64,000 nucleotides of DNA from Armatimonadota bacterium (GTDB lineage: Bacteria; Armatimonadota; SYMT01), in assembly GCA_041690135.1 (NCBI GenBank), contig JAWLHY010000001.1, forward strand, positions 192,001 to 256,000. The letters run 5' to 3'. The notes under the pieces are model-generated. The model searched no databases. It had not been told where the DNA came from and saw only the letters and a program-made list of their open reading frames with translations. The stretch's first letter is position 1; each line of letters starts with the position of its first letter. The position numbers and the translations under genes were made by a program. This document shows, one piece after another, positions 26,316 through 36,780 of this stretch.

Positions 26316-28082
26316 TCAGGCCGGGGTGCCCTGGAGGGCCTTCTCGCGCGCCTCCATCTTTTCCTGGATCTCCGACCCAACCTTGTGGATGCGGGCGGCG
26401 GTGATGACGAGGCAGAGCGCGCCCAGGGCGAGGTAGAGGACGGAGGTCACGAGCCAGATCGGGACCGCGTCGCCGAACAGCAGCGCCGGTCGGTTGGCGA
26501 AGTGATTGGAGGGATTGCCCAGTTGGGAGAGGCCTTCGAAGGGTACGAGGTAGAGGACCTGCCAGAGAGGCTGGACGGCCTTGGGCTTGGTGGTCAGGTT
26601 GTACCAGGGTAGGAGGCTGAAGTAGGGGAGCACCATCACCACCAGGCCGGTGAGATAGGTGAGGATGCAGGCGGCCCAGCGGCTGGGCAGGGTCACGGAG
26701 AGGAAGTGCCCCACGCCGGAAAGCCCGAGGACGACCGAGACGCAGAGGACCGCACCCGGCAGGAAAACGCCGCTCTGGTTGAACAGGGCGGCCTTCCCGG
26801 TCAGGAAGGCGCCGATCGGGAGTAACGCCAGGAAGAACAGCAGCCAGGCAAGGATGAGGGGGAACCCGCAGGAAAGGTCGTTGCCGAACATCCGGAAGGG
26901 AAGGAACCCCCCGAGATAGCGACCCAGGGCGCTTTCCCCGCGGCGGATGATCAGGTCGCCCGTGTTATAGACGGGTGCGAAGAGGGCGGTGAGCACCAGT
27001 ACCACCCCCAGGAAAAGGGCAAGCCCCTCTCGCACAGGTTGTACACCGGTCCAGCCGCGGACCACGCCGCCCATGATCGGGCCAAAAAGGAACAGGCAGA
27101 AAGCAGCCCAGAGGAGCGTGGCGCAGAGGCGCATCCAGTGGGGCGGTGGCGGCAGGAAGTGCTCCAGGCGCGCCATGGCGGCGTTGGCGATCAGCATCCC
27201 CAGGAGGAAGTTGAGGATCGCGCCGCTGATCCAGCTAGGCATCTGCGCCTGGAAAAGGTACTCCGGGTGGACGGCCCGTAGAGTAGCGGTGAGTGGGTTG
27301 AAGCTTTGGAACGGGATCTCGGGCATGCTGCCCGTCCCACCCCCGGCCATACCCGCACCCTGCGCGGTCATCCCCGGTGTCATGGTCAGGATGAACAGCG
27401 ACAGCACGGTGAGGTAGGTGACCACGGTGGCCGCCGCGGTGGTTCGGAGCGTGGCCGACCAGAAGATTCCGATGGAGCCGTACACGAACGCGCCGAGCGC
27501 GACGAGGAGGTATGAGAAGAAGATCTCGGCCGGAGAGACGCCGCCCACCAGGAACGAGATGCTTACCAGCGGCAGCGAAGCCGTTAGCAGCAGCACCACG
27601 AACGAAACCGCCGCGGCCAGCTTCCCGCGGATCACGTCGACCGGACGCAGCGGCGTGGTCACCAGTAGTTCGAAACAGCGCTGCTCGCGTTCGATGCTGA
27701 CGGTTCCCGCCGTGATGGCCGGGGTGATCAGCGCCACCATGATCGCCTGCGCGATGAAGACGAAGTAGTAGATCTGGCGGCCGAGGTCGCGAGCCCCCTG
27801 GGTGTTGAGGTTGCCGTACAGGGTGTCTGCTTGGGAAGCCGTGCTGGTTTCGTACGCGAAGTACATCATCGCCAGCACGCCCGCGAGCAGGAGTGTGTAA
27901 CCCAGCAGCATCCAGTACGACCGGGTGCCCCGCATGCGGGTCCGGAATTCCTTCACCAGCACGGGGTTGTCGAGCGTCGCCCGGCCGAGCCGCGCCCACA
28001 GGTCGGCCGCCCGTTGCCCGGCGGCCCCCGCTACTCGTGCCAGGGCGTCGTCGCCCGCCTTTGCTTCCGGTTCCAGACTCAC
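26316..28082 (-). CDS. ABC-2 type transporter permease
   Basis: NPVLVKEFRTRMRG, PAITAGTVSIEREQRCFELLVTTPL..GKL; many TM helices. Confidence 0.88.
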   Translation of the reverse strand: MSLEPEAKAGDDALARVAGAAGQRAADLWARLGRATLDNPVLVKEFRTRMRGTRSYWMLLGYTLLLAGVLAMMYFAYETSTASQADTLYGNLNTQGARDLGRQIYYFVFIAQAIMVALITPAITAGTVSIEREQRCFELLVTTPLRPVDVIRGKLAAAVSFVVLLLTASLPLVSISFLVGGVSPAEIFFSYLLVALGAFVYGSIGIFWSATLRTTAAATVVTYLTVLSLFILTMTPGMTAQGAGMAGGGTGSMPEIPFQSFNPLTATLRAVHPEYLFQAQMPSWISGAILNFLLGMLIANAAMARLEHFLPPPPHWMRLCATLLWAAFCLFLFGPIMGGVVRGWTGVQPVREGLALFLGVVLVLTALFAPVYNTGDLIIRRGESALGRYLGGFLPFRMFGNDLSCGFPLILAWLLFFLALLPIGAFLTGKAALFNQSGVFLPGAVLCVSVVLGLSGVGHFLSVTLPSRWAACILTYLTGLVVMVLPYFSLLPWYNLTTKPKAVQPLWQVLYLVPFEGLSQLGNPSNHFANRPALLFGDAVPIWLVTSVLYLALGALCLVITAARIHKVGSEIQEKMEAREKALQGTPA

Positions 28083-28116
28083 GTTTTCGCGGTCTCCTCT
28101 ACGCTCTGGGGGATCG

Positions 28117-29049
28117 TTAGCTCACAACGCCGCGGGTGACCCGCATGAAGATGTCTTCCAGGTCGGTCTGCTCCTCGATGAAGGCCCGGACCCGCACGCC
28201 GTTGGCCACCAGCGCCGAAAGCACTTCGTGGGTGCGGTCGGGCTCGCCGATGTAGTCCACCTTCAGGTCCTGGTCCACCACCCGCGCGGCGCGGACCGCG
28301 GGCAACCCGTTCAGGACCGTGACCGCTCTCTCCAGGTCTTCCGGAAGCACGCGCACGTCGAGCACCTGGCCGCCGGTGACCTGACGCATGATCTCCGTGA
28401 CGTCGCCGCTGACGATCAACTCGCCCTGTTCGATGATCCCGATCTTGTTGCAGAAGTCAGAGAGCTCCGGAAGGATGTGGCTGGAGATGATGATGGTCTT
28501 CCCCATGCTCTTGAGCTCCTTGAGAAGCTCCTTGATTTCGATGCGGGCACGGGGGTCGAGGCCGGAGGCGGGTTCGTCCAGCAGCAGGACCTGGGGGTCG
28601 TGGACCAGGGTCTTTGCAAGGCAGAGGCGTTGCTTCATACCCCGCGACAGTTCTTCGACGTAACTGTCCTTCTTGACCGTGAGGTCGGTCAACTCCAGCA
28701 CGTCATCGATGATGCTGGGGCGCTTGTCGCGCGGGATCTTGTAGGCGGCGGCGAAGAAGTCGAGGTACTCCCAGACCTTGATATCGTCGTAGACGCCGAA
28801 GTTGTCCGGCATGTACCCGATCATGCCGCGCACTTTCTCCGGCTCCCGGGTGACGTCCGTGCCGTCGATGAACGCCCGTCCGGAAGTCGGGCGCAGCAGG
28901 GTCGCCAGCATCTTGATGGTGGTCGTCTTCCCGGCGCCGTTGGGGCCGATGAAGCCGAAGATGTCGCCGCGCTCCAGACGAAGCGACAGGTCCTTGACCG
29001 CGACGAGATTATTGGAATACTCCTTCCGGAGGTGTTGGATATCGACCAC
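28117..29049 (-). CDS. ABC transporter ATP-binding protein
   Basis: GPNGAGKTT, LSRGMKQR, LLLDEP, SSH; GTG start at VVDIQHL. Confidence 0.93.
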   Translation of the reverse strand: MVDIQHLRKEYSNNLVAVKDLSLRLERGDIFGFIGPNGAGKTTTIKMLATLLRPTSGRAFIDGTDVTREPEKVRGMIGYMPDNFGVYDDIKVWEYLDFFAAAYKIPRDKRPSIIDDVLELTDLTVKKDSYVEELSRGMKQRLCLAKTLVHDPQVLLLDEPASGLDPRARIEIKELLKELKSMGKTIIISSHILPELSDFCNKIGIIEQGELIVSGDVTEIMRQVTGGQVLDVRVLPEDLERAVTVLNGLPAVRAARVVDQDLKVDYIGEPDRTHEVLSALVANGVRVRAFIEEQTDLEDIFMRVTRGVVS

Positions 29050-29063
29050 GTTCGCTTCCCCGC

Positions 29064-31124
29064 TTATTTGAGATGCACCATCAGTAGAGTGGCGGATTGC
29101 TCCCGAGGAGTTCCGCCGTTGACCTGAATCCGGGCGACCGGTTCGCGGACCCAACCCATCAGCACGGGATGGTCCGGCGACACGGCGATGCCACCCCCCT
29201 GCGCCGAGGAGTTCAGGGTGGAGAGCGGTTGCAGCACCGCCTGCTTCATCCGCTGTTCTTCCCGGCTTCCCTTGACGTTCGTCAGCAGGCTGGCAGGGAC
29301 CAGTGTGCCGGAGCCCTGCGTCCCGCGCTCGGCGTCCACAGAGGCTTCCTGACCGGCGGCGATATTTCCGACCGGCACGGCCTGGCCACCGAGAAGGAGA
29401 TGGCAATCCTCCAGCGTATAGGGGGTCTGGTTGCGGATCTTGCCCGAGACCGCCTTAGCCGTATGGCGGAGGTTTGCCGTCACGCCGCCGCCCAGGCGGG
29501 TAACCCCTTCCGTTTTGACGACCCGCATCGCCCACATATCGACGGCGAAATCCTCGATCTTCTGGGTATCCTCGAACAGCACGCGCATTCCCTGGCTCCC
29601 CCGCTGGGAGGTGGGCTCCGAAAGCAGCGCGGCAGGGGTATCGGCCGCACCGTCGCCGCCGGCGACCTGCAGGTCGTAACCGGTTTTGCGCGGTGAAAAA
29701 AGCCCCGCGTAGCTGACGAAGGGCGCCGCGGGTTGTCCGCTGTTCGCCTCGATCACCCCCACCTTCACCAGCAGGGTCCGACCGCCCTTGAACCCGTAGC
29801 CGATCAGGTACGCGGCGACCGAGAACACCAGCACGATGGCCGGCGTGGTGAGCCAGGCATACTCCTTTTTGTCCTTCGCTTTCAGCACGAAGTAGTTCAC
29901 CGGGACGAGCACGATGATGTAGGACAGCAGGAAGATCGCCACCACATAGAAGGCGGGAATGTCGAGTTGGGAGATGGCATACGGGGCGTCCGCCAGACGG
30001 GGTTGGCCGCTTCCCCCGAAACCGGCGTTCCATTGACCATCGGCTACTTCGGTGGACGCAATGGCGTGGAGCAGTCCGCCGCCGCGTTGATCCAGCAGGA
30101 GGCTCTTCCAGAAGTCGCTGCTACCTTCCCAACTTCGGAACGGCGGGCGAGCCGGATCGAAGGCCAGGAAGTAGACGCGCCCCGCACCGCGGGTCCCCCT
30201 CACGATGGCTGGCCGGCCCTGGTGACGGTCGAGCACCGTTGCCCCGGGGAGAGGCTCCGCCAGGGCGATGGGGTAGGTGCCGCCCCCGGAAAAGCCCCGG
30301 CCGCGCACCTGGGGGTGCGGCAATCCGGTGAGGGTGCCTCCCCCGGTGACGCGCACCGGCAGCAACTCGGAGTAGAGCGGCGAAGTCAACCGCTGCCAGT
30401 CCACGCCCCCCGTAACGACCAGGGTGCCGCCCGCATGGACGTAATCGCGGAGCGCCGCGGCCCGTTCGACGGAGAACTCCCGCTCGCTCACGTCGCCGAT
30501 CACCACCATGTCCGCTGCTTCCAGGCCCTGCCAGCGGTCCGGGACCTCGCCCGGCTCCAGCGAGGCGACGGCCACCTGGGGTTGGGTATTGGAACGCATC
30601 CAGGGACGGAGCGACGGGGCCAGTTGGGTATTCGCCAGCCGAGCCGTGGTCAGCAGCTTGAGCGTGGAGTCTTCCGCGCCGATCCCCACGACCAGCCAGT
30701 CTCCGTCGTTGAGCATTCGCAGGGGAGGGCGGACCGTGTTGATGAGGCGGCCATCCCGATAGAGGTCCAGCACCAACGCCTGCGTTGAATAGCTGACGGG
30801 TGACTTGATATAGAGGGTATGGACCTGGTTCGCCTGGCCCTGCAGCTCGCGCGGCGGGATCCGGAACTCCGTTCCCCCCTCCCCGGAAGCAAAGCGGGCA
30901 CGAACTTCCACCCGGACCGCTTCACCCTGGTTCGTCAGGGTAACCTGAACGGGAAGCCAGTGTTCCGACTTGTAGTGCTGTTCCAGGCCTGCCTGGGCGG
31001 AGAGGGTGGTTTGGGCTTCGGCCGAGCGCGCCAGGGAGGCCGCCGCCAATCCCAGCAGCGATGCCGCGAGCATTCTCCGGAAGTACGTGGGCCGGAAATG
31101 GGGAGGTCGGTCAGTTCGGGTCAT
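29064..31124 (-). CDS. Large exported membrane protein with glutamine-amidotransferase-like domain, ABC-associated
   Basis: Signal-like N-terminus; P..WQGL...D.VV, YV..GG.LVV.GG, G.GRV; YII.L.PVNY.VLK..DK.E.AW.T.P TM pair; start uncertain. Confidence 0.75.
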   Translation of the reverse strand: MTRTDRPPHFRPTYFRRMLAASLLGLAAASLARSAEAQTTLSAQAGLEQHYKSEHWLPVQVTLTNQGEAVRVEVRARFASGEGGTEFRIPPRELQGQANQVHTLYIKSPVSYSTQALVLDLYRDGRLINTVRPPLRMLNDGDWLVVGIGAEDSTLKLLTTARLANTQLAPSLRPWMRSNTQPQVAVASLEPGEVPDRWQGLEAADMVVIGDVSEREFSVERAAALRDYVHAGGTLVVTGGVDWQRLTSPLYSELLPVRVTGGGTLTGLPHPQVRGRGFSGGGTYPIALAEPLPGATVLDRHQGRPAIVRGTRGAGRVYFLAFDPARPPFRSWEGSSDFWKSLLLDQRGGGLLHAIASTEVADGQWNAGFGGSGQPRLADAPYAISQLDIPAFYVVAIFLLSYIIVLVPVNYFVLKAKDKKEYAWLTTPAIVLVFSVAAYLIGYGFKGGRTLLVKVGVIEANSGQPAAPFVSYAGLFSPRKTGYDLQVAGGDGAADTPAALLSEPTSQRGSQGMRVLFEDTQKIEDFAVDMWAMRVVKTEGVTRLGGGVTANLRHTAKAVSGKIRNQTPYTLEDCHLLLGGQAVPVGNIAAGQEASVDAERGTQGSGTLVPASLLTNVKGSREEQRMKQAVLQPLSTLNSSAQGGGIAVSPDHPVLMGWVREPVARIQVNGGTPREQSATLLMVHLK

Positions 31125-31348
31125 AAGGAGTTCTGGCATTAGCCACGGAATATTCCCCGTGGAGCGGTTGTCGTTCGGTGCCGAATAGATGAACGCTGGC
31201 GGGCGGTGACCCGTTACGTCCCCCGGAAGTTTGCTGGGAGCGCTCGGGCGGAGGTTGTACCATCCTTCACCATTCGGAGGCGCATTTCCCTCCCGGGCCG
31301 CCCGCCTTCCGACGTTCGTCACCAGGTTACCGGCGCTGCACGGAGCGT

Positions 31349-31377
31349 TTGACACGCCCCATGGGGCGTGTTATACC
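31349..31377 (+). promoter_or_regulatory. Sigma70-type promoter with a perfect 20-bp palindrome across the spacer
   Basis: TTGACA-17 nt-TATACC; ACACGCCCCATGGGGCGTGT at 31352-31371. Confidence 0.6.
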
Positions 31378-31433
31378 TACACATTGAGCCGACCCGGTCA
31401 ACATCCAGTCCCGCGATCAAGCCCAGGACCAGC

Positions 31434-32669
31434 ATGCAAGCTCCTCGCCTCACCATCAAGTCGCTGTGGCGTCTCTATCATACAGCCCAAACGCTGTTGA
31501 AGAGCGGCCAGACCCAGAATGCCGCCGAGCAATTCCACAAGATCGCGGTGGCCCGCGTGCGGAAGCCGCGGAATGCGGAGCCGGGCGCCTGGGAGCGAGA
31601 GAATCCGCTGGTGACCCGGGCCAGGTTGGGCCTCTGCTACTGTTACGTAGAAGAAGGGCAGTTGGATCTCGCGATGCGAGAACTGCGCCAGGTGCTGGAA
31701 GCGGAACCCCACAACGCGGAAGCCCTCTGCGAGCTGGCGTACATCCATGGTTTGAAGGGCGAACGTGCCCACGCGAAGTCCGCGCTGCAGCAGGCGCTGG
31801 AGCACAATCCGGACAGTGCCCGCGTCCATAAAGCCCTGGGGTACTTCTATCTGCAGACGGATGAGGTCGATGCGGCGGTCGAGGCATGTCGCGCGGCGGT
31901 GGCCTGCGATCCCGAGTACGATACCGCCCACGTGGAACTGGCGGTGGCCCTGGCCCGTGCCGGACAACTGGAAGACGCGATCACCGCGATGTCGGACGCA
32001 ATCCGGCTTTCACCCTGTAACCCCGAGTATTACGTCAGCCTCGCTTCGCTGCTGCGGGAGTGCCATCGCTGCCAGGAAGCGTGTGAGGTACTGGAGAAGG
32101 GACTCCGGCTCGATCCCGGTAATCCCGAGTTACTCCAGTCGCTGGCGGAGCTGATGTTGGAATGCGGGCAGCCCGACCACGCCATCTATTACGCGCAGCG
32201 TTTGCTCCGGCGTTCGGGTAAGAACCTCGTCGCGCGGGACGTCCTAGGGGTTGCCTACCTCCAGCAGGGCCGCATCAACGAGGCGCTGCGAATGGCGGAC
32301 CAGATGGTCAACCTCAATCCGCTGGACCCCGGCCACCACTTCAAAAAAGCGGTCCTGTTCCAGCAGCAGGGCATGCTCCGAGAGGCGCTCGTCGAGTTCG
32401 CGCGTGTCCTGGATCTTTCCCCCGACTCGGAGATGGGTCAGGAAGCGCGCCAGGCGATCGAGGTGATGGACCATCACCAGATGCGGCAGATCATTCTGCT
32501 GGCCTCGGAAGACGTGGTATTCCGCGCCAAGCTGCGGAGAGATTCGTCGGAGGCCTCTCGCGAGCGCGGCTTCTTCCTCAGCGACGGGGGCGCGGCCGCC
32601 CTGGAATCTCTCGACCTGGACGCCTTCTGCTCCTATCACCCCGTCAGCTACCCCGCGGTTTACAACTAA
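31434..32669 (+). CDS. TPR-repeat protein with C-terminal NHLP-leader-like helical domain
   Basis: Multiple A...LG..Y...G....A.......L...P TPR units; C-terminal IILLASEDVVFRAKLRRD....ERGFFLS. Confidence 0.85.
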   Translation: MQAPRLTIKSLWRLYHTAQTLLKSGQTQNAAEQFHKIAVARVRKPRNAEPGAWERENPLVTRARLGLCYCYVEEGQLDLAMRELRQVLEAEPHNAEALCELAYIHGLKGERAHAKSALQQALEHNPDSARVHKALGYFYLQTDEVDAAVEACRAAVACDPEYDTAHVELAVALARAGQLEDAITAMSDAIRLSPCNPEYYVSLASLLRECHRCQEACEVLEKGLRLDPGNPELLQSLAELMLECGQPDHAIYYAQRLLRRSGKNLVARDVLGVAYLQQGRINEALRMADQMVNLNPLDPGHHFKKAVLFQQQGMLREALVEFARVLDLSPDSEMGQEARQAIEVMDHHQMRQIILLASEDVVFRAKLRRDSSEASRERGFFLSDGGAAALESLDLDAFCSYHPVSYPAVYN

Positions 32670-32711
32670 CTCACCCCTAGCCGGGCGTAGCCGGAACCAA
32701 GAGGAAGGCGG

Positions 32712-33089
32712 CGTCATCCATACGGACTTGCAGTTTGCGAAGGAGCCCAAGCGCCCCTATGCTTCGCCGGGCAGGCTTGCGAGTTTACCCGGCGAAGTAC
32801 ACCCGGCGGAGCATAGGGCTAGGGCAATCCCCCTGTCCTCCGCGCCGCCGCCTTTACGACCGTTCACCCGCTTTGCGAAATTCACTGCGGAACCCTGGGG
32901 CCGGAGTGCGAGCTCCGGGAGTGAGACCCACTGCGGTCACCAGGGGGATGGCCACAGTTTACCCGGCGCAGCATAGGGCCCCACAATGGACGGACCTCGC
33001 ACGCGGATGCGATACAAAACAAGACACGGCTAGCGTGGCTACCGGCCGATCGGGCGGGGCTCGCAAACCGTAGGTCCGTATGGATGACG
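32712..33089. repeat. 378-bp MITE/REPIN-like element with 29-bp imperfect terminal inverted repeats
   Basis: CGTCATCCATACGGACTTGCAGTTTGCGA vs TCGCAAACCGTAGGTCCGTATGGATGACG; internal CCCTATGCTTCGCCGGG / CCCGGCG(G/C)AGCATAGGG repeats. Confidence 0.65.
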
Positions 33090-33160
33090 TGCGCTAGCTT
33101 TCCTCTGCTACACCATTTGTGCGCGTTTTGCGCAGAAGTGCACGGGTAAGAGACCAACGG

Positions 33161-34333
33161 ATGGCCGACTCTCACCACTACGCGCTGAACGCCGACTACA
33201 ACTTGCGGTGCTTCGCCTCCGATTCGGCCGCCAGCATGGCCGCGGGATCGCGGCGCTTTCCCCACCCGGCCGAGGCCGAACTCGGTCCCCTTAACCTGCT
33301 GATCGAGGCCTTGCCCGAGCCGGCTGCCTCCGTTCTCGCCTCCGCAGCTGCTGGTGCGCCGGTCGCCTGTTGTGTTTCCGAAGTAGGGGCCTGGTTGAGC
33401 GGTACGTCTCCGCATTTGGAAGCCGTGGCGGATGCTCTCCACTCCCACACCCCCGATCTCACCGGGGAGATGCGGGCGGCGCTCCAGGGCTACCTGGCGG
33501 CGCGCCGCGCCTCGCGCTCCACGCTCGTGATGGGCATACTCAACGTTACCCCGGACAGCTTCAGCGACGGCGGGCTCTGGCTCGATACGGAAGCGGCGGT
33601 GGAGCAGGGGCTACGCCTGGTGGAAGAGGGGGCGGACGTGCTCGATATCGGCGGCGAGTCGACGCGGCCCGGCGCCGCCGAGATTCCGGCGGAAGAAGAG
33701 CTCCGGCGGGTGCTGCCGGTGGTGGAACGGCTGCGAGAGCAGACCTCCGTACCCCTTTCCATCGACACGCGCAAAGCGGCGGTGGCGGAACGGTGCCTGG
33801 AAGCCGGGGCGAACTGGGTGAACGACATCAGCGGCCTTACCTACGAACCGGAACTGGCGGCGGTGGTCGCCCGTTATCCGGGGACGGAGTTGGTTCTGAT
33901 GCATTCCCGATCGCGACCCGGCGACGAGCGGTACTCCACCGAGTATGATTCCGCGGGCCGGCCGGTCTATACGGACGTGGTGGCCGATACGCTGCGCTGG
34001 CTCCGCCGGCAGGTGCGACAGGCGGTCGCCGCCGGCGTCCCAGCGGAGCGGATCTGGATCGACCCCGGATTCGGGTTCGGGAAGACGTACGAGCAAAACG
34101 TGGAACTGCTGCGGCGCCTGCCCGAATACAACTCCCTGGGCCTGCCGGTGCTGCTGGGTACTTCCCGTAAGAGCAGTGTGGGGCGTATGCTGGGGGATCT
34201 ACCGCCGGGGGAGCGCCTCGAAGGGACCCTGGCCACTTCCGCCTGGGCGGCCGGCCACGGCGCAGCCGCGGTCCGCGTGCACGACGTCCAGGCGAACAAA
34301 CGCGTCGTCACGGTCATCGATGCGCTAAGATAA
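33161..34333 (+). CDS. folP: Dihydropteroate synthase with N-terminal extension
   Basis: VMGILNVTPDSFSDGG, DIGGESTRPGA, SIDT, IDPGFGFGK, GTSRKS, VRVHDV. Confidence 0.95.
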   Translation: MADSHHYALNADYNLRCFASDSAASMAAGSRRFPHPAEAELGPLNLLIEALPEPAASVLASAAAGAPVACCVSEVGAWLSGTSPHLEAVADALHSHTPDLTGEMRAALQGYLAARRASRSTLVMGILNVTPDSFSDGGLWLDTEAAVEQGLRLVEEGADVLDIGGESTRPGAAEIPAEEELRRVLPVVERLREQTSVPLSIDTRKAAVAERCLEAGANWVNDISGLTYEPELAAVVARYPGTELVLMHSRSRPGDERYSTEYDSAGRPVYTDVVADTLRWLRRQVRQAVAAGVPAERIWIDPGFGFGKTYEQNVELLRRLPEYNSLGLPVLLGTSRKSSVGRMLGDLPPGERLEGTLATSAWAAGHGAAAVRVHDVQANKRVVTVIDALR

Positions 34334-34339
34334 GTCGTC

Positions 34340-35893
34340 ATGAATCCTCAACCCGATCAGAACGTGCTCGTCGTCGATTTCGGTGCGCAGTACAGCCAGC
34401 TCATCGCGCGCCGCATCCGCGAGTGTCAGGTTTACTGCGAGATCGTGCCGTGCGACACGCCGGTGGCGGAACTCGTCGCCCGGCGGCCGGCCGGAATCGT
34501 GCTCAGCGGCGGACCGCCCAGCGTTTATGAGGAGGGCGCGCCCTCCATCGACCCCGCCATCTACGACCAGAACATCCCGGTCCTGGGCATCTGCTACGGG
34601 ATGCAGTTGATGGCGCGCCAGCTCGGCGGCGAGGTGGTGCCCGGCGGGCAACAGCGGGAGTACGGCAAGACCGACCTGCACGTGGCGCGGGACCGGGCCG
34701 CGGACGCGCTGTTCTGGGGGGTCGGCTCGGAGTTGGTGAGCTGGATGAGCCACGGCGATCGGGTGGACGCGCCGCCTCCCGGCTTCCTCACGCTCGGTTC
34801 GACGGATAACACGCCCGTGGCGGCGATGGGGAATCCGGAGCGCCGGCTCTACGGGGTCCAGTTCCACCCGGAGGTCACCCACACCCAGGGCGGAACGCGC
34901 GTGCTGCGGAACTTCCTCACCGAGGTCTGCAAGTGCGACACCACCTGGACCATGGAGAACTACCTCCAGCAGGCAGTGGAAGATATCCGCCGGCAGGTAG
35001 GGGACGCGCGGGTGATCTGTGGATTGAGCGGCGGCGTGGACAGCGCGGTGGCCGCGGCGCTGGTGCACCGGGCGATCGGCGACCAGTTGACCTGTATTTT
35101 CGTGAACCACGGACTGCTCCGCCAGGGCGAGCCCGAGGCGGTGCGCGAGACGTTCGAGGGCCATTTCCACGTCCCCCTGGTCTACGTGGACGCGGAAGAG
35201 CGGTTCCTGCAGGCGCTCGCCGGTGTTTCCGACCCCGAGCGCAAGCGGAAGATCATCGGGCAGGAGTTCATCCGGGTTTTCGAGGAAGAGGCGCGCAAGG
35301 TTGGGGATGCGGAGTTCCTGGTTCAGGGCACCCTTTACCCGGACGTGATCGAGAGCGGCCCCGGTAAGGCGGCGACGATCAAGACGCACCACAACGTGGG
35401 CGGTTTGCCGGAGGACATGAAGCTTCGGCTGGTGGAGCCGCTGCGCTGGTTGTTCAAAGATGAGGTCCGCGCTCTCGGCGAGCAGTTGGGACTCCCCGAG
35501 GAGATGGTGTGGCGCCATCCCTTCCCCGGTCCGGGTCTCGCCGTGCGCATTCTGGGCGAGGTCACCCACGAGAAGCTGGAGATCCTGCGCCACGCGGACC
35601 ATATCCTGATGGAGGAGCTGCGCCGCGCGGGGCTCTACCGCCAGCTTTCGCAGGCGTTCGCGGTGCTGCCCAACGACCGCACCGTGGGCGTGATGGGCGA
35701 CCAGCGCACCTACGCCTACTTCGTCGTGTTCCGGGCCGTGACCACGGAGGACTTCATGACGGCCGACTGGGCCCGGATCCCTCACGACGTGCTGGAGCGG
35801 ATGAGTAACCGGGTGGTCAACGAGGTGGCCGGCGTTAACCGCCTGGTATACGACCTGACTTCCAAGCCCCCGGGGACCATTGAGTGGGAGTAA
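34340..35893 (+). CDS. guaA: GMP synthase (glutamine-hydrolysing)
   Basis: [53 protein letters not shown]. Confidence 0.98.
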   Translation: MNPQPDQNVLVVDFGAQYSQLIARRIRECQVYCEIVPCDTPVAELVARRPAGIVLSGGPPSVYEEGAPSIDPAIYDQNIPVLGICYGMQLMARQLGGEVVPGGQQREYGKTDLHVARDRAADALFWGVGSELVSWMSHGDRVDAPPPGFLTLGSTDNTPVAAMGNPERRLYGVQFHPEVTHTQGGTRVLRNFLTEVCKCDTTWTMENYLQQAVEDIRRQVGDARVICGLSGGVDSAVAAALVHRAIGDQLTCIFVNHGLLRQGEPEAVRETFEGHFHVPLVYVDAEERFLQALAGVSDPERKRKIIGQEFIRVFEEEARKVGDAEFLVQGTLYPDVIESGPGKAATIKTHHNVGGLPEDMKLRLVEPLRWLFKDEVRALGEQLGLPEEMVWRHPFPGPGLAVRILGEVTHEKLEILRHADHILMEELRRAGLYRQLSQAFAVLPNDRTVGVMGDQRTYAYFVVFRAVTTEDFMTADWARIPHDVLERMSNRVVNEVAGVNRLVYDLTSKPPGTIEWE

Positions 35894-36029
35894 GGGGCGC
35901 ATTGTCCCGGAAGACCGCCTCTGTATCCCCGTGCCCCTCGGCAATCGCCGAGGGGCCGTTTCACGTTCACGGCAGCCACACCGTCCTTACCCGGGTGCAT
36001 ACCTTTTCGTAGGAGACGATCGAACGTCG

Positions 36030-36593
36030 ATGGACCCCACCGCATTGCATCCCGATATCGAGGCGGTCCTGATCGCGCCGGAGCAGATCCGGGCGCGGGT
36101 TCAGGAGTTGGGCGCGGAGATCTCCCGCCGCCATGCCGGGCATTCCCTGCACGTGGTGGGGGTGCTGCGGGGAGCCGCCATTTTCATGGCCGACCTGCTG
36201 CGGGAGTTGACGGTGCCGACCACCATGGACTTCATCGCGATCTCCAGTTACGGAAACCGGACGCGGTCCAGTGGGATCGTCCGCATCGTGAAAGACCTGG
36301 AGGATACCGTGGAAGGCCGCCACGTTCTGGTGGTGGAAGACGTGGTGGATACGGGGCTTACCCTGAACTATCTTCGGGAGTTGCTGGGGGACCGCGGGGT
36401 AGCCTCCCTGGAGGTCTGCGCGCTGCTTGATAAGCCCTCGGCGCGCAAGGTCGAAGCCACCGCAAACTACGTCGGGTTCACCGTGCCCGAATCCTTCGTT
36501 GTGGGTTATGGGCTCGATTTCCGGCAGAACTACCGGGGTTTGCCTTATATCGCAACTCTGCGGCCTGAAATCTACGAAATGCGGGAAGAATAG
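36030..36593 (+). CDS. hpt: Hypoxanthine phosphoribosyltransferase
   Basis: GVLRGA..FMADL, SSYG, VLVVEDVVDTGLTL, FVVGYGLD. Confidence 0.96.
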   Translation: MDPTALHPDIEAVLIAPEQIRARVQELGAEISRRHAGHSLHVVGVLRGAAIFMADLLRELTVPTTMDFIAISSYGNRTRSSGIVRIVKDLEDTVEGRHVLVVEDVVDTGLTLNYLRELLGDRGVASLEVCALLDKPSARKVEATANYVGFTVPESFVVGYGLDFRQNYRGLPYIATLRPEIYEMREE

Positions 36594-36780
36594 GGCGTGA
36601 GCGGCGGCCAGGGGCCGTGGACACTCTACAGGCTTCGCGCTATACTGTTGGTCGAAGTGCAACCAGCATAACGTCCGGCGCTTGCCTTCCCCGTCTCCCT
36701 TTCACCACCGCTCTCCCGTCCGGCTTTGATCGCCCCACGGTACTGAACCCCGCGCGATCCGCTCCTGGATCGAGGTACCC

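Noticed and set aside
32670-33160. THF or purine riboswitch upstream of folP-guaA
   Set aside because: Consensus cores not found; structure is explained by nested inverted repeats
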